Assembly (NCBI GenBank): GCA_002269645.1
Contig: NIVC01000757.1
Span: 86,298-150,297 of the forward strand
Reading direction: 5' to 3'
Source: Macrostomum lignano
Lineage: Eukaryota
Length of the DNA stretch: 64,000 bases
The position numbers and the translations under genes were made by a program. The notes beneath the pieces were generated by a model. That model saw only the letters and a program-made list of their open reading frames with translations. It made no database searches and had not been told where the DNA came from. Of this stretch, positions 38,679 through 50,440 are shown piece after piece. How positions within the stretch are numbered: the first letter of the stretch is position 1; the number at the start of each line of letters is the position of its first letter.

Positions 38679-39039
38679 CTGACAGAGCACAGAGTCAGGG
38701 GTGAGGCGCGTTGGTTAGACCTGAAACCAAGGCAGTCTGTTGCGCAAGAGCTGCGAACCGACTTAAAAAGCCAAAAACCTAGATTTATACTTTTATCTGT
38801 TTAATTAGGGAACCTTATTGATTTCTCTATAGCAATAACAGTTTTTATAATTAAAAAAATCTCGTTTTATATTGCATTGGTCGAATGAAAATGCGACCTA
38901 CACTTTGTCAGGGGTGTTGACATGGATTTTACGCTGGTATGTTGGGAGGGGGTTGGAAGCCAAGATCGAATTCTACGTGTATATACGGGCATAACTAAAT
39001 TTCTACATGCGCAATATTTTCAGAATCGGTCCTGTCAGC

Positions 39040-39680
39040 GCTCATTTTGGCGCCGCAGCAGGCTCTCATTTTAGCGCCGCAGGCACTCATTTTGGCGCCG
39101 CAGGCACTCATTTTAGCGCCGCAGGCACTCATTTTGGCGCCGCAGGCACTCATTTTGGCGCCGCAGGCACTCATTTTAGCGCCGCAGGCACTCATTTTAG
39201 CGTCGCAGGCACTCATTTTGGCGCCGCAGGCACACATTTTAACGCCGTAGCAGGCACTCATTTTAGCGCCGCAGGCACTCATTTTGGCGCCGCAGGCACT
39301 CGTTTTGGCGCCGCAGGCACTCATTTTAGCGCCGCAGGCACTCATTTTAGCGTCGCAGGCACTCATTTTGGCGCCGCAGGCACACATTTTAACGCCGTAG
39401 CAGGCACTCATTTTAGCGCCGCAGGCACTCATTTTGGCGCCGCAGGCACTCATTTTGGCGCCGCAGGCACTCATATTAACGCCGTAGCAGGCACTCATTT
39501 TAGCGCCGCAGGCACTCATTTTGGCGCCGCAGGCACTCATTTTAGCGCCATAGCAGGCACTCATTTTACCACCGCAGCAGGCTCTCATTTTAGCGCCACA
39601 AGTACTCATTTTGGCGCCGTAGCAGGCACTCATTTTGGCGCCGCAGGCACTCACTTTAGCGCCACAGGCACTCATTTTCA
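39040..39680. repeat. 21-bp minisatellite (GGCACTCATTTTGGCGCCGCA) with occasional 24-bp variant units
   Basis: Direct periodicity, which explains the MSACGAK and AAGTHFG pseudo-ORFs. Confidence 0.96.
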
Positions 39681-40852
39681 TAACGGGTCACAAGGTTGGG
39701 TGGTGGGGGAAACAAGTATTGGCATGTCCGCGGGGGAGGGCTTGCTTTCTTGGAAATATTTTCTATTTAGGGGGGATGTCTCTTATCTTTGTGAAAGCTA
39801 TATTTTGTTGTCTGTTTATAGATTTTAGAAAAAAAGAGATTCATATAGCATATATCATTGTCCGTGACAATTTTACTTGAATAAGGTGATTTTTAAAAGT
39901 GAAGAAAGAATTGGTTTAAGAAAAAGTTTTTTTATTTTTTTTCTATTAACTATTTTTGCTCCTTGCTTATTGGGCGCCCCGAAGGGCGATTTACGAGTAC
40001 ATGTATACCTAATGCTCGTAGTAGTCTGTGTGAACCGGTTAGTGGCGAGCAAAGCGTACTTTACATGTAGGACAACTATAGCCAGGAGTAAGATAAGAGC
40101 AATAAGATACGAGCAACTGTAATTCGCCATCACTTCATTCGCTGGCCACACTACAGCAGTGGACTTTACTATAAGTGCTAGACACCTACTAAAGGCACAG
40201 AGTCTACAGTATTGGCGCACTTGTATGTGTCCAGGAGTCAAACGGAATGGGTAGGAATCGCCGTCAGCGCTGGTTGTGCCCGGATGAAAATAAACAAATT
40301 TACAAGGATGTAACGTCTTTGAAAATGTACTCCTATCCATATAAAACCCAACGGGATGCAGTGTTCTATTAGTAGTTAGTAGCGTTGAATTGTTATAATT
40401 TTGCAAATGCGTTTTAAATTTGCTTAAAAACGACAAAACTTGTGTATAACCAATTTTCACGGTGAACTTACTAATTTAAACGAAGCCATCCTTGCAGAGC
40501 TTGTTGAAGCTTTTTTCTAGAAAAATAGTTTATTTTTTGTCACTCTTCACTGAACTGAAGTAAATAGGCAGCGTCAAAAATAATATAATGTGAAACCATT
40601 TGCCTTTAAATGTAGCTTTAGGTGTTATAGAAAACAAACAAAACAAAAATTTAACAATAAGCTATAGTTTCAATATACTCGTTTAATAATAAATGTTTCT
40701 TTCAGTTGTGCTGAGAAGTATTCGATGAGACAGACATACATTACACATAGTACGCACCAATTTGCGATTAAAAACATTGATTAAATAAATACAATACTTG
40801 AACCATTATTGGGCAATGTTAATAACATACTTTAAATATAGCTTTTTGCAGC

Positions 40853-40894
40853 CATAGACTTCTTTACTTAGCATGCTAAGTATAGAAGTCCATG
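40853..40894. repeat. 42-bp near-perfect palindrome
   Basis: CATAGACTTCTTTACTTAGCATGCTAAGTATAGAAGTCCATG, with 19 of 21 positions pairing. Confidence 0.9.
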
Positions 40895-41090
40895 TTTACA
40901 GCCCATTTAAGCTTACGCGCATTGACTGTAATCCAAGACACGTTTGACAACCAATGTCACGGAGCTTTTGTCTATGGTAGAAAGGCTGGCACAGCGGCAT
41001 TTAATTTGGTCCAACAAGCATCACAGCTTGGTACATAGCTTCTTTTGAAATTGCTGCGGAGAGGAACAAGATCTGCCCCAGAATTGTTAA

Positions 41091-41201
41091 CCATATGCAA
41101 GGCTGTCGAACGAATGCCATTGGCTTATAATCGAAGCACTCCACAGAGGTGAACAACCAAAGGACATTGCAAGGTTGCTAAATCATCCATCAGCGCGTTG
41201 A
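41091..41201 (+). pseudogene. Helix-turn-helix fragment, possibly from a Tc1/mariner-type transposase
   Basis: PYARLSNECHWLIIEALHRGEQPKDIARLLN followed by a stop. Motif resemblance only. Confidence 0.3.
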
Positions 41202-42159
41202 AACCACGCTGCATCAAGGGGGGCATTGAAACCACGTTGAAAAGAAAAAATCTTTATTTTGTGGTTCCACTTAAGACTACGCGTGCTAAAATGCTGGGCG
41301 GCCCGCACTCTCAGAATGTCTATGGCCAAAATACCATAGGCTCAGTACAAAGTCAAGCCAGCTAGCAAGAAACGCGACTGGACCTATGGTAAATCCTCAC
41401 TGGACACTACCAAAGTTTGTATAGAATGTTAATACGGACGAAAGTGGAAACACATTGTTTAATCTATCTTATCACATTATTTCGTCTATGGCACAAGTTT
41501 TTAATTATATTAGAGTACAAAGCTATTGCTCAGAGATTTATTGATTTCTAATTACATGTAGTAGGACAGGGGGGAGAGTTCCACATGACCTATAAATTTC
41601 ACATCGCCTCAATGTTTCAAGCATCCAATTTCATAGCACTCCACTTATATCTTTTGTAGGCGCTATATTAATTTCATTTACCTTTATCAATGGCACTACT
41701 AGAATCTAGACAAATTCATTATTCATTTAATAATAATTATTAGTAGGTTGAGTATTCAATTTAAGACACGACCAGTCATATTCAACCCATGCTTCTACAA
41801 TTGTCTGGAGACCGAGTTGGATGACGTCATCACATCATCCAACCTCTACAATCTTCAAACAGTCTCATCATCCAGCCTACTCAGATTGTCTGGGGACTGT
41901 GTATAGGGAGCGCGTTGAATCTAAAATATACTCAGCAACATTGAAAAGTCGCCACCCTTTACCCAGTGAGCAGTGTCTTTCGACTAGCGTCTATCAACTG
42001 CCCAACCATCTTGATATCAAAAAATTCTTTAAAAACAATACAAAACCCGGCGGAAGCTTCAATCCATTCAATCTTTGCCCTCCGCTCTTCCAAATCTCTT
42101 CTCGCCCAGCCCAACTCTGCGTCAGCTTAAACCCTCTAACCGCGCCTTTCCACAATACC

Positions 42160-42692
42160 CCCACCCCCGCCCCATTTTATTGCTTTTCAGCCTAAATCTG
42201 CCCATGTACATTTTTGCTGAACCACTTACATGTAGCAAGTTGTTTACGCCTGCAAGAGCTTGTTTCTAAACTTAAACGTTAGATTTCTGCTTAGTCTCAG
42301 TACTTGACTATGCTTTCTAGTTTTTGCGTCTTTAAATATGAAAAATATTGAACTTGTCTAAAATCTAGTTTGGTGCCATTTATAAAGGTATAACAAACAG
42401 AAGCAAATTTGATTGAGGCTACAGATTCTACAATAACTAAATGGGCCACTCAGGCATATATGCTTAGTAAAGCAGCTTTCTACTTCCAGTTCAGTAGCAA
42501 AGAAGAATACATAAGCAATTTTTTATATAAAGCAGCTGAAATGACTTTGATAAGTTTAACAGCCAAACTTGCAGGCGTAAACAGCTTGCTAATTGGTTCA
42601 GCAATAATGTACATTATAGCCAGTCCACTGAAATGTACATGGCAGCTCAAGGCTGGAATTCCAAGAATGGCAATAAAAATTGGGGCGGGGGG
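42160..42692. mobile_element. Old MITE-like imperfect inverted repeat
   Basis: CCCCGCCCCATTTTATTGC...GCTGAACCA...TAGCAAGTTGTTTACGCCTGCAAG (42160-42257) is mirrored by CTTGCAGGCGTAAACAGCTTGCTA..TGGTTCAGC...GCAATAAAAATTGGGGCGGGG (42568-42692). Confidence 0.55.
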
Positions 42693-43522
42693 TTTAGGCT
42701 GTGAGGTAAGAGCCAATAAATAAATGAGCTTTGGCTTTCAAAATACAATAAATGCCCTCTATTTAACTTACTACTTAACTGACAGTAGTTTACACGCAAA
42801 TGTGCTGAGTGGCCAATATTATAGTCATTCTAGTATCTGTGATTGTCGCTTATTCGAAAGAAACAAAAACTCTAATTCCAACGTTTTTTTGCTTGCTTTT
42901 TCTACGTTAAACTTAAATTTTAATAGCTTAGCAGTACGAGTAGTCACCATAGCAACAAAAAAAAGACATGCAAGTGAAAACAATAGCAAACAATTATTTA
43001 CTGTGTAATTTAACGGGAAGCCATTTGAAAAAAGAATTTGAGGAATAACAGAAATGAGACAAGGAAGCCAAAAAATAAGAGTGAAAAATAAAGTACAATT
43101 ATAATTATTTGCAAATAATACTACACACTAGTCTCTAATTGCGCGTCAGAAAAACTCAATTTTTGCTCAAAATGAGTAAGTGCCTTTATTAACAGCCGAG
43201 AGCTTACTCAAAAAGCGCAGTAAAGTCTTCTTTTTCTCTACTAAAGGTAGTCGAATTTTGATTAATTATAATATTTAAAAGGAGTAGGCAAGATTAGTTT
43301 TCATTAGAGACTGCCATAGCCTTTCTATTTATCTACAGATATTGGAAGCCCCACGTAAGCGGGGGTATGGGGGGGGGCGCAGTCCCCCCTCTATTTACCA
43401 TAGACACAAAAACTTTTTCTGTAGATTACTGGTACTGCTGGGGTAACCACTTGATTGACTATTTATTAAGTTAGCTGACAAAAGCAAAAGCATTAGTTAC
43501 GGGCTCCGACAGTGCATGCCTG

Positions 43523-43894
43523 TCACATACCGTATGGTAGACCAGATGGGGGAGACTCGCTAGAATTAAAGAAACTCGAGCACAACCGGCGATCTCGAAG
43601 GTCACCCCAGCCGCCGTTCGGTTTCAAGGCTCTGGCTCGAATTTTCAGTTTGGCATTGAACATCAGCTGATCGGGATATAGTTTGGCAATATTGTTTGCC
43701 AGCATTCGATCTAGTTTGCTGCTTAACAATGCAGGATTGCACACTTTGTTTTTGTGATGCACGCCGCATTGGCCAATGTGAAATACTCGAGGACTGATTC
43801 GGATTACCATGGTTTGAAATGGTCGTTTAGTGCACTTAGTAAGGATGTGGTTCAGCGACCAGTCCCAGTTGTAGTCGTCAAATGAACAGAATGC
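43523..43894 (-). CDS. MGAT2: MGAT2 exon 6 (terminal)
   Basis: ACATACAG acceptor. It reads AFCSFDDYNWDWSL, PRVFHIGQCGVHH and PNGGWGDLRDRRLC, and ends in TGA. Confidence 0.93.
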   Translation of the reverse strand, partial: AFCSFDDYNWDWSLNHILTKCTKRPFQTMVIRISPRVFHIGQCGVHHKNKVCNPALLSSKLDRMLANNIAKLYPDQLMFNAKLKIRARALKPNGGWGDLRDRRLCSSFFNSSESPPSGLPYGM

Positions 43895-43925
43895 CTGTAT
43901 GTAGAGTGGAAGAGTGGATTTGCAC

Positions 43926-44265
43926 GGACCAATCACAGACATGCAGGTCATTTTCCTACTGACCAATCACAGAGCATCCCAGGCTACTCAATAAGTCACT
44001 GACCAATCAGAGAGCGCCGCAGGTTACTCAATCAGTTACTGACCAATCAGAGAGCGCCGCAGGCTACTTATTCAGTCACCGATTAATCAGAGAGCGCCGC
44101 AGGCTGTTTAGTCAGTCACTGACCAATCAGAGAGCGCCACAAGCTGCTCAATCAGTCACTGACCAATCAGAGAACGCCACAACCACAAGCTGCTCAATCA
44201 GTCACTGACCAATCAGAGAACGCCACAACCACAAGCTGCTCAATCAGTCACTGACCAATCAGATA
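43926..44265. repeat. ~40-bp tandem repeat with CCAATCAG, MGAT2 intron 5
   Basis: GACCAATCAG recurs at 44001, 44041 and onward. Confidence 0.88.
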
Positions 44266-44289
44266 ATTAATAACCAAGACTTAACTCAC

Positions 44290-44379
44290 CGGTAGACAAG
44301 GTTTTATCTGGTCCCAAATCGCACGCGAAAAGGACATGCCCATATTGTGAAAGCTGGATACCCACTTGTCAACAACAAC
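44290..44379 (-). CDS. MGAT2: MGAT2 exon 5
   Basis: TGCAG acceptor and CCG|GTGAGT donor. It reads VVVDKWVSSFHNMGMSFSRAIWDQIKPCLP (MGAT2 W.S..HNMG motif). Confidence 0.92.
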
Positions 44380-44788
44380 CTGCAATTTAATCAATAGTTT
44401 ATCCTAATCAGACTGTTCATTTGTACTTGTAGACAAAACTGCCGTTACAATTTTTCTTCATGAAATGATTTTACAAGTTTAGTAAAATTATTATCTATTT
44501 AAATAAGAAAATATCCGATAAATAGCATTTATTAAGCTGACAATAGTAAACAATACAGGTAAACTTTGCAGTCAGATTTGCAGCATAAACTGTAAGGAAG
44601 AATGGAAGATAGACAAACACAAAAAGTTTGTGTGCACTTTTCGTTAGACAAGAAAGCCTTCGCTAGAACTAAAATTACTTAATTATGTAAACAGTCACAC
44701 AGACCGTAGTTAAATCTATTTACAAGCTAAACACAAGAACTATCAGCATTTATTAGGTGCAAGACAGGGAAACAAGCGGGCAACATAC

Positions 44789-44864
44789 CTGCGCTGTGTT
44801 GCGAGTAAAGTCCGGCTTCTTTTCGTAAGTGCCCAGCGTTAGAATTTCCACATTCTGGCTTAGG
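44789..44864 (-). CDS. MGAT2: MGAT2 exon 4
   Basis: TTTCAG acceptor and CAG|GTATGT donor. It reads LSQNVEILTLGTYEKKPDFTRNTAQ, and the phases fit both neighbours. Confidence 0.88.
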
Positions 44865-44934
44865 CTGAAATATTAGTTTAAAATTTAACCTTTTGCTTGT
44901 ATAAAACAGATTTTAAAACCGATAAAGAGTGCCA

Positions 44935-45430
44935 AAAAGACCTCCAGCCAATCAGAGAAAACCGAACGGACATCCAGCCAATCAGAAGGTTAAATAGAGC
45001 TCCAACCAATCAGAGAAGATCAAACCGACCTCAAGCCAATCAGAGAATACCAAACCGACCTCCATTTAATCATAAAAGATCAAACCGAAATCCAGCCAAT
45101 CAAAAAAAAAACCAAACCGACCTCAAGCCAATCAGATAAGACCAAATTGACCTCCGTTAATCAGAGAAGATCTAACCGACCTCCAGCCAATCAGAGAAAA
45201 CCAAACCGACATAAATTTAATCAGAGAAGATCAAACCGACCTCCAGCCAATCAGAGAAGACCAAACAGATCTCCAGCCAATCAGAAGGTTAAACAGAGCT
45301 CTGGCCAATGAGAGAAGTTTAAGCGAATTCCACCAGAGAAATTCTAAAAGATTATCAGCCAATCAGAGAATTCCAAACCACTCATTGAATCAGAGAACTG
45401 CAAGCGCCTCAGTCAATGAGACAATAATTA
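44935..45430. repeat. ~30-bp degenerate tandem repeat with AGCCAATCAG, MGAT2 intron 3
   Basis: CC(T/A)CCAGCCAATCAG-type units at 44941, 44971 and onward. Confidence 0.85.
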
Positions 45431-45488
45431 ACCAATCCTTAATCAATAACAAACGAGTTTATTAATTACTAACAATCAAGTCACTTAC

Positions 45489-45808
45489 TCTTTCCTAGCC
45501 GCAACCATGAGCCTTAGCATGTGCAGCAGATCTTCAACAACATAATGATCCTCTTCCAAAAAGACAAATTGGCCAGTAAAATTAGCTAAGACGGGACTCC
45601 GTTCGAATAGTCGATTCATTTTATACAACCAGTGATGTTTAGTCTGCGTGTACTTCGACTCCCGGTAGTGCCCGTACTTATCCGGCCATTCGGCATTGTT
45701 GCAGCCGAGCTGGCGCGCTCTGTACAGTCCAGCATCTCGGGGACAATCGCGCGGATCGTTGCCAGGAAAACGGTCAAAATAAATCTGCTTAATATAGGGA
45801 TAGAAGAT
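45489..45808 (-). CDS. MGAT2: MGAT2 exon 3
   Basis: GTTGCAG acceptor and GA|GTAAGT donor. It reads IFYPY...FPGNDPRDCPRD...LGCNNAEWPDKYGHYRESKYTQTKHHW...FLEEDHY. Confidence 0.95.
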
Positions 45809-45927
45809 CTGCAACGGGGAGTTCAAAGTTACCAGACTTTGGAGTTTTGGCAGTTGATCAATTATTAAAATAAAGAGCAATTGCTGAAGTTCTAAATATG
45901 CCTAGGACCAACTTGGACTATAGGCCT

Positions 45928-46600
45928 AGCCCAATTCCAGCTGCAATACAGATCACGTGACAGCCATATATTACTACTGACTGCTATTATAACCCAAGCC
46001 AATTCCAGCTGCAATACAAATCACGTGACAGCCATATATTACTACTGACTGCTATTATAACCCTAGCCCAATTCCAGCTGCAATACAGATCACGTGACAG
46101 CCATATATTACTACTGACTGCTATTATAACCCTAGCCCAATTCCAGCTGCAATACAGATCACGTGACAGCCATATATTACTACTGACTGCTATTATAACC
46201 CTAGCCCAATTCCAGCTGCAATACAGATCACGTGACAGCCATATATTACTACTGACTGCTATTATAATCATAGCCCAATTCCAGCTGCAATACAGATCAC
46301 GTGACAGCCATATATTACTACTGACTGCTATTATAACCCTAGCCCAATTCCAGCTGCAATACAGATCACGTGACAGCCATATATTACTACTGACTGCTAT
46401 TATAACCCTAGCCCAATTCCAGCTGCAATACAGATCACGTGACAGCCATATATTACTACTGACTGCTATTATAATCATAGCCCAATTCCAGCTGCAATAC
46501 AGATCACGTGACAGCCATATATTACTACTGACTGCTATTATAATCATAGCCCAATTCCAGCTGCAAAACAGATCACGTGACAGCCATATATTACTACCGA
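45928..46600. repeat. 69-bp tandem repeat, ~10 copies, each with TCACGTGA, MGAT2 intron 2
   Basis: AGCCCAATT recurs at 46065, 46134 and onward. The 23-aa period of the ORF tail equals 69 nt. Confidence 0.96.
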
Positions 46601-46631
46601 CTGAGCCCAATACGAAGACAGAAATTCTTAC

Positions 46632-47024
46632 CTGCAGCACCCGAGCAAACCGAATTGATCTGACCAATGCATTTATAGCCGAGCTATAGACATCGTGCGA
46701 GAACACTAGCAAACAATCTTCCACATCTTTCACCCGCCGTAGAGAATCTATTAATAGATATAGATAGCCAATACGATCGTGAACTTGCACAACGATCACT
46801 TCGGTGATAGGTCCATTATAAAACTGTGCATTGAGTATCTCGTGCTCTGCATTAATAGCTAGCATTGCATCTAGAATTGCTGTTGCATTGGCATTTTGCA
46901 GACTGTAGATTAATGGCAATGGATCTTCAACTGGCGTGAAGTTGAATGGCGTTCGAGTTAAAAGTAGAGGCTGTTGCAATTGCTGAGTTAGCTGCCGGGT
47001 AAGCGGGGGTGCACGAAATGAGAA
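46632..47024 (-). CDS. MGAT2: MGAT2 exon 2
   Basis: AAACAG acceptor and CAG|GTAAGA donor. It reads VIVVQVHDRIGYLYLLIDSL...LLVFSHDVYS...IRFARVLQ. Confidence 0.94.
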
Positions 47025-47139
47025 CTGTTTAGAATTGAGCGTGTTATTAGCTGACCATAATGAATTTATCAACTCGCAATTTTGAGTGTTTGCGGACCGA
47101 ATACCGAAACAGGTTTAACAGAAAAATGAGGTACACCGG

Positions 47140-47630
47140 ATGAGGCACAGAGGACTGGGCACCGAGGATTAGACACAGAGGATGAGGCACAGAGGATCCG
47201 GCACAGAGGATGAGGCACAGAGGATTGGGCACAGAGAATGACACAGAGGATTGGGCACTGAGGATGAGGCACAGAGGATGAGGCACAGAGGATGAGGCAC
47301 AGATGATCGGGCACAGAGGATGAGGCACAGAGGATTGGGCACAGAGGATCGGGCACAGAGGATGAGGCACAGAGGATTGGGCACAGAGGATCGGGCACAG
47401 AGGATCGGGCACAGAGGATTGGGCACAGAGGATCGGGCACAGAGGATTGGGCACAGAGGATCGGGCACAGAGGATCGGGCACAGAGGATTGGGCACAGAG
47501 GATCGGGCACAGAGGATGAGGCACAGAGGATGAGGCACCAAGGATTGGACACAGAGGATTGGACACAGAGGATTGGACACAGAGGATTGGGCACAGAGGA
47601 TCGGGCACAGAGGATGAGGCACAGAAGCTG
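47140..47630. repeat. 14-bp minisatellite (GCACAGAGGAT(T/C/G)(G/A)G), MGAT2 intron 1
   Basis: Read directly from the sequence. Confidence 0.95.
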
Positions 47631-47756
47631 AATGGGGAAAAGAAGAATAAGATATAAATCGATCACAAACACAATGAGCAGAGCTGTGATTATAGTACAA
47701 AAATAAATGTTAAAAACTACATAACCAGATGCAATAGAAAGAAAATTCAGACTCAC

Positions 47757-48071
47757 CAGCGGTCGATCAGGCAGTTGAGACTGTACAAACTGATCTGGCA
47801 GGTGTTGCGGTACCGGCCTAGCAAATCTTTGCAACAGTTCCACCGGTATAGCTTTAATGGAAGCCATCCGCCTTCGACCAGCAATTGAAGTCTCCTCGTC
47901 TGGAGGTACAGAATCGACCGGATTGGAACCAAGGCCGCCAGATGTCAAATAAGATGGGATTGGGCTGCTGAATTTGCTATTATTAAGCATTAAGACAATA
48001 TGGCACAGCATAAGAGCAGCCAATATGTAAGCAGTGCCGCGAACCATCCGCTGAGGAGTCAGACGAGGCAT
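47757..48071 (-). CDS. MGAT2: MGAT2 (alpha-1,6-mannosyl-glycoprotein 2-beta-N-acetylglucosaminyltransferase) exon 1
   Basis: ATG at 48071, a short basic tail, then a type II signal-anchor (AYILAALMLCHIVLML), a stem region, and a CTG|GTGAGT donor in phase 0. Confidence 0.85.
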
Positions 48072-50440
48072 TTCAATTGCTATATCAGGATTTTCTTGTT
48101 TTTCTTTTCAAGCAAAAATACAATTGCTTTTAAAAGATGAGAAGAAGTGGCAGGAAATAGTCGAGGCGCGGGGGGTTGGAAACCCCCCTCAGTCTGGCTT
48201 GTATCGATCAGAATTTGACATGAAATTGGTAAACGCAGGTAGCAAAGTTTGACTCTTGCTCTTTCAATTATTAGCTTCCCTTTACTTCAAAAATCAGGTC
48301 ACCGGACCTCTTAACAAATTTTTCATAGTCACGTTTTGTAAGTGTATTCAATACACCCCTCTTAAATAAATAAACTTATCTTAAATAAACTACTTTAGTT
48401 TATAATCATACTTTAACATAATTTTAATAGCAAAGTTCTCATTCAACTAGTTAATAAACATTTATGAATTTGTTTTGATATCTAGAAACAAAATCTAAAT
48501 ATATGCTTGCATTATATATGGAAGGCCTCCTTTGTCATGCAACTAAGAGATCTATTTTGTTAAAAGTAAAATTTAGAGATAACATAGTCTAAGACATATT
48601 GCAGATGTTTATCTAAAGAATTTAGGTTGAAAATTAGCAACTAAGTAAGTAAGCCTTCAAATGAGGCTCATCAAACAATATAGCTCCAACTTGCTAGAAT
48701 ACTCTTGAAGACATCTCCAATGCCAAAATGAAGCCAATGATAGAAACAAATAATAGAAATGTGTCATGTGCAACAAAGTCCTGAAGTGCAATAGCTTGGT
48801 CATGCAGTCTTCATGTGGTACCTTCAATATTTGATAAGCTTATATATGTCATACTGACAAGGATGCTAGCAATAAACAGTAAACTCTCACAATATGAGAT
48901 CTGAGAAAATGCAAAGAAGCAAAATTTGATCTAGTAGCAGAGATTGCAGATGCTACAATTCTTTGTCTAGATTCCACAGTATTTATCAATCCACCTAAAG
49001 GGTTGCAGTTTGCTAAAGTTGCTAACTAAACTTAAGAAGAATGCAACCACAGCATCTCAGAGACCTAAGCTTTGAGCTCAAGCAGGATGCTCTTCCATGT
49101 GAGACCTAATCTTTGTTTTTAATAAGCAGTTGTAGCTTCTGCACATTATTTAAACCATGAAAGAAATAACAGTAATAGACTGCTAATCCAAGCAGAAAGC
49201 ATATTTTGATGTGAGCTTATACTATGCTAGGACATAACTTTCAGAGGCAGGGGGCAAAAATGAAAATGAGACAAAAATGACTGTCTATGGCAGTCATGAG
49301 CCAATCAAATTTCAATTAACAAATTAGAAAATAACAAATAGTTAATAAATAAAACAAATATCTGTATATCTTAAAAACTACTTATACTGTAATGAAAATA
49401 ACAGAATAATTACGTTAAAAGCACCCATAGGTAAGGACCCATAGTATATATATATACTAACTTTTTGTTTGTAATATGAATTTTGGAGGCTGAATAATTG
49501 TTTATAATGAATATGCATCATCATTGGATGGGCTCATAACAGCCTACTGATTGTATTCAACAGTGAACTCTATCTCTGCCATCAATATTTGTAACTGCAG
49601 CTTCTATCTATAAGTTCTTTTTTTCAATGGATGTTTAAAATTGATATCATGTTTCTTTGAAATATAGCAATAAACAAAATTACACTAAAACTGACATCCC
49701 ATGTTAACTCTTTTTAACACCTTGCAATATTTAATTATGAAAAATTAGCTTTGCTAGCTATGTAGCTATACCTTATCTTTTCTTCTCAAAAAGTTGTTTT
49801 GTCTACCAGCAGACAAAAAGGCGGCAGATGAAATGACCAAGCACCATTCAAAAAGGAAGATTATTTTTAAATTTATTAGGGGGCCTAATAATACTTCATT
49901 ACTGCTTTATCGTAAAAAAACAAAAAAACTTGCAAATAATAGACTTGTTGCAATGTTTTATATACATTTGGCCCCAAAGAAACCTGTCACTAAAATGGAT
50001 ATCATAGAAATGACTATCATAAAACTAATTAGCAGTCTAGCACCAAATTCCAAAGTTACTAATTTCCATAAATGGGCTTCAACTAGGCCTAGGCCTAGTC
50101 TCTTAGTGTTTTTTATTTGTTAGCTGCTATTGCCACCAAAGTTGTTATAATAGGCTCTAGAACTAAATAGTCCTAAATATTACCAAGTTGTACTAGAGTA
50201 CTAAACTTAACTATAATTAAGTTAAATTAATCTGGACCTAAGCCCAAGGAATTTAATTCACTTGGTAATAGCTACTTTAGTAACAAAGTAGATTCATAAC
50301 TGTCAACACTTATCTCCTTACTTATGATAATTAAACTTAACAACTACTAGCAATCTAGTGCGGCCTCCCTTTCGGGGCACCCAATAAGCAAGAAGCAAAA
50401 ATAGTTCATAGAAAAAAATGTAAAAAGCACATTTTCTTAA

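Noticed and set aside
38995-39828. 228-aa and 273-aa ORFs
   Set aside because: They are translations of the 21-bp minisatellite.
39873-40460. 195-aa minus-strand ORF with several Cys residues
   Set aside because: There is no recognisable family and no ATG start, and I could not establish splice boundaries. It could still hide an exon.
45987-47700. Repetitive C-terminal extensions of the MGAT2 ORFs
   Set aside because: They are read-through past GT donors into intronic tandem repeats.
11356-48071. Glycobiology gene cluster (GBA2 plus MGAT2)
   Set aside because: The genes are 28 kb apart, act in different pathways and are separated by unrelated genes and transposons. There is no evidence of co-regulation.
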